DNA of 64,000 bases from an uncultured delta proteobacterium (GTDB lineage: Bacteria; Desulfobacterota; Binatia; UBA9968), in contig CAWDPO010000025.1 of assembly GCA_963804165.1 (NCBI GenBank), forward strand, positions 110,786 to 174,785, in the 5' to 3' direction. Position numbers and translations under genes: made by a program. Of the stretch, positions 62,608-64,000 are shown one piece after another. Position 1 is the stretch's first letter, and each line of letters begins with the position of its first letter. The notes beneath the pieces are model-generated. The model was given only the letters and a program-made list of their open reading frames with translations. It was not told the origin of the DNA and ran no database searches.

Positions 62608-63601
62608 ATGTCAACCGTACCGACAATCGATTACGAGAAGGTCAAAGGCGTTCACAAAATTCCGCTGGAAGAGCTCTATACTTCCGGCCATCGGACCTGC
62701 CAGGGCTGCGAGTCGGCGACGACGATGCGCGGATTCATCAAGGTTGCGGGTTCGCGCTCGGTGGTCACAGGAGCGACCGGTTGCATGTACGTGGCCAACA
62801 CTTCGTACATGACCACGCCGTGGATCGTGCCGTGGATGCACACGCAGCTCGGCGCCGGCGGCTCTTCGGCCGTGGGCATGGCCGCGGGCCTGCGAGCGCT
62901 CAAGCGCAAGGGCAAGATCAAAGACGAGAAGATCAACGTCATCAATTTCTCCGGCGATCTCGGCGCCGGCGATATGGGCATCGGCGGCATCTCCGCCGCG
63001 TTGCAGAGCGATTACGACTTGCTGATTATCATGTACGACAACGAGTCCGCCGCCAATACCGATATCCAGGCAACAGGCTCGACGACTTACGGCGCGCAGA
63101 CGACCTTCACGCCTCCGGGAACCAAGCATCCGATCATGCAGAGGCGCTGGAAGAAGAACGTCGCCGGCATGCTGGCCGTCGGCCATCCGACCTGCCGTTA
63201 CGTTGCACTGCCTGCGCCACCTTTCCGCCGACGGATTATCTGAACAAGGTCCAAAAGGCGCTCGCCATCGGCGGCCCGACCTTCATCCACACCTACGATC
63301 CCTGTCCAAAGGGTTGGGACTATGTCCGCGTTACTCCAACGAGCTTGGCGAGTTGGGAATCAAATGCGGCATCTATCCGCTATATGAAATCGTCGACGGC
63401 AACGTCATTTACACCTGGGACGCGCGCAAGACGGGCAAGGGACGCATTCCGGTCAAGGAGTTTATCTCCAAGCAGGGGCGCTTCGATCATCTCAAAGAAG
63501 AACACTACGCGCATATTCAAAACATGGTCGATCAAATGTGGGAAGAGTGGCAGATTCCCGGTGTCGCGCCATTGCGAGGGATTCTGAAGGCTAGGATTTA
63601 G
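62608..63601 (+). CDS. 2-oxoacid:ferredoxin oxidoreductase beta (TPP-binding) subunit, two frameshifts
   Basis: GHRTCQGC, ATGC, GD..G..YDNE, then PCPKGW and YPLYEI..QGRF in other frames. Confidence 0.85.
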
Positions 63602-63649
63602 GAAAACTGCGGCAATAAGCTTTCCGCTTCGGTTCTGCCCAATTAACTC

Positions 63650-63689
63650 CCGCTGACATGCACGGCCTATAGTCCGTGCATGTCAGCGG
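63650..63689. terminator. Perfect 16-bp inverted repeat after the oxidoreductase operon
   Basis: CCGCTGACATGCACGG-cctatagt-CCGTGCATGTCAGCGG; no U-tract. Confidence 0.55.
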
Positions 63690-64000
63690 TGAGAAGATTT
63701 TATCAAGCCAAACATCGCCGATCGCCACGTGCGACGCTCGTCGAGAGACCGCCACTCAGTGGACGGGTGTAAAGCTTGAGCACGACCGCTAGATTCTGTA
63801 TCCTAAGGAGGAAAGCTTGAGAGACTCGCATCGGCGAGTAAACGAACAGGTAGACGAAGCGTTCCAGACCCAAGTCTGACAGTTCATCCGCGCGATATTT
63901 GTCTCAGCTTTACAAAAAGATTTTTCACGCGCTGAGTTAGACCGTTGAATAACGAACGGGCCGGCAAAGCGATGCTTAATGTGCTTGCCGCGGTCAATCG

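Noticed and set aside
16264-63601. Frameshifts in both MFS genes, nfeD, the GATase, DUF1772, the SDR, tctA, tctB and the OFOR beta subunit as programmed frameshifting or pseudogenisation
   Set aside because: They are scattered single-base indels in unrelated, otherwise intact genes with no shared slippery motif, best explained by assembly error; reads are needed to confirm

Overview
GC-rich bacterial chromosome segment. The gene repertoire suggests a Deltaproteobacteria-like lineage such as Ca. Binatia, but this is inference only. At least nine otherwise intact genes have 1-nt frameshifts, probably long-read assembly errors. Region 1-16.2 kb is housekeeping: efp, coaE, grxC, tRNA-Cys, a YfhL-ferredoxin fusion, rimI, carD, ispD, larE, cysK, GT9, DUF1844-degP, PBP1b with a TPR lipoprotein, and tsaD-rsmA-mutM. 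Region 16-50 kb is an accessory mosaic: transporters, SPFH/NfeD, a SagB-type dehydrogenase, a TIR-domain membrane protein, rlpA with a second class A PBP, a glycosyltransferase block, an RhlA-like hydrolase beside an AsnB-type amidotransferase, orphans and gene remnants. Region 50-64 kb is a catabolic locus: tctCBA divergent from a FadR-family regulator and an oxalate-oxidoreductase-like (YPIRP) 2-oxoacid:ferredoxin oxidoreductase. The best novelty candidates are (1) the TIR-TM-15-residue-repeat stalk-Cys-rich sensor protein with a sigma54-type promoter, (2) the Tct/FadR/OOR-like module with an altered active-site loop, (3) the ferredoxin-membrane-HSP20-like fusion, (4) a structured, terminator-containing leader upstream of DUF1844-degP, (5) the RhlA-like/AsnB pair, and (6) an 88-bp conserved non-coding repeat. 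I saw no CRISPR array, rRNA, transposase or integrase. All family assignments come from motif recognition; no searches were run.
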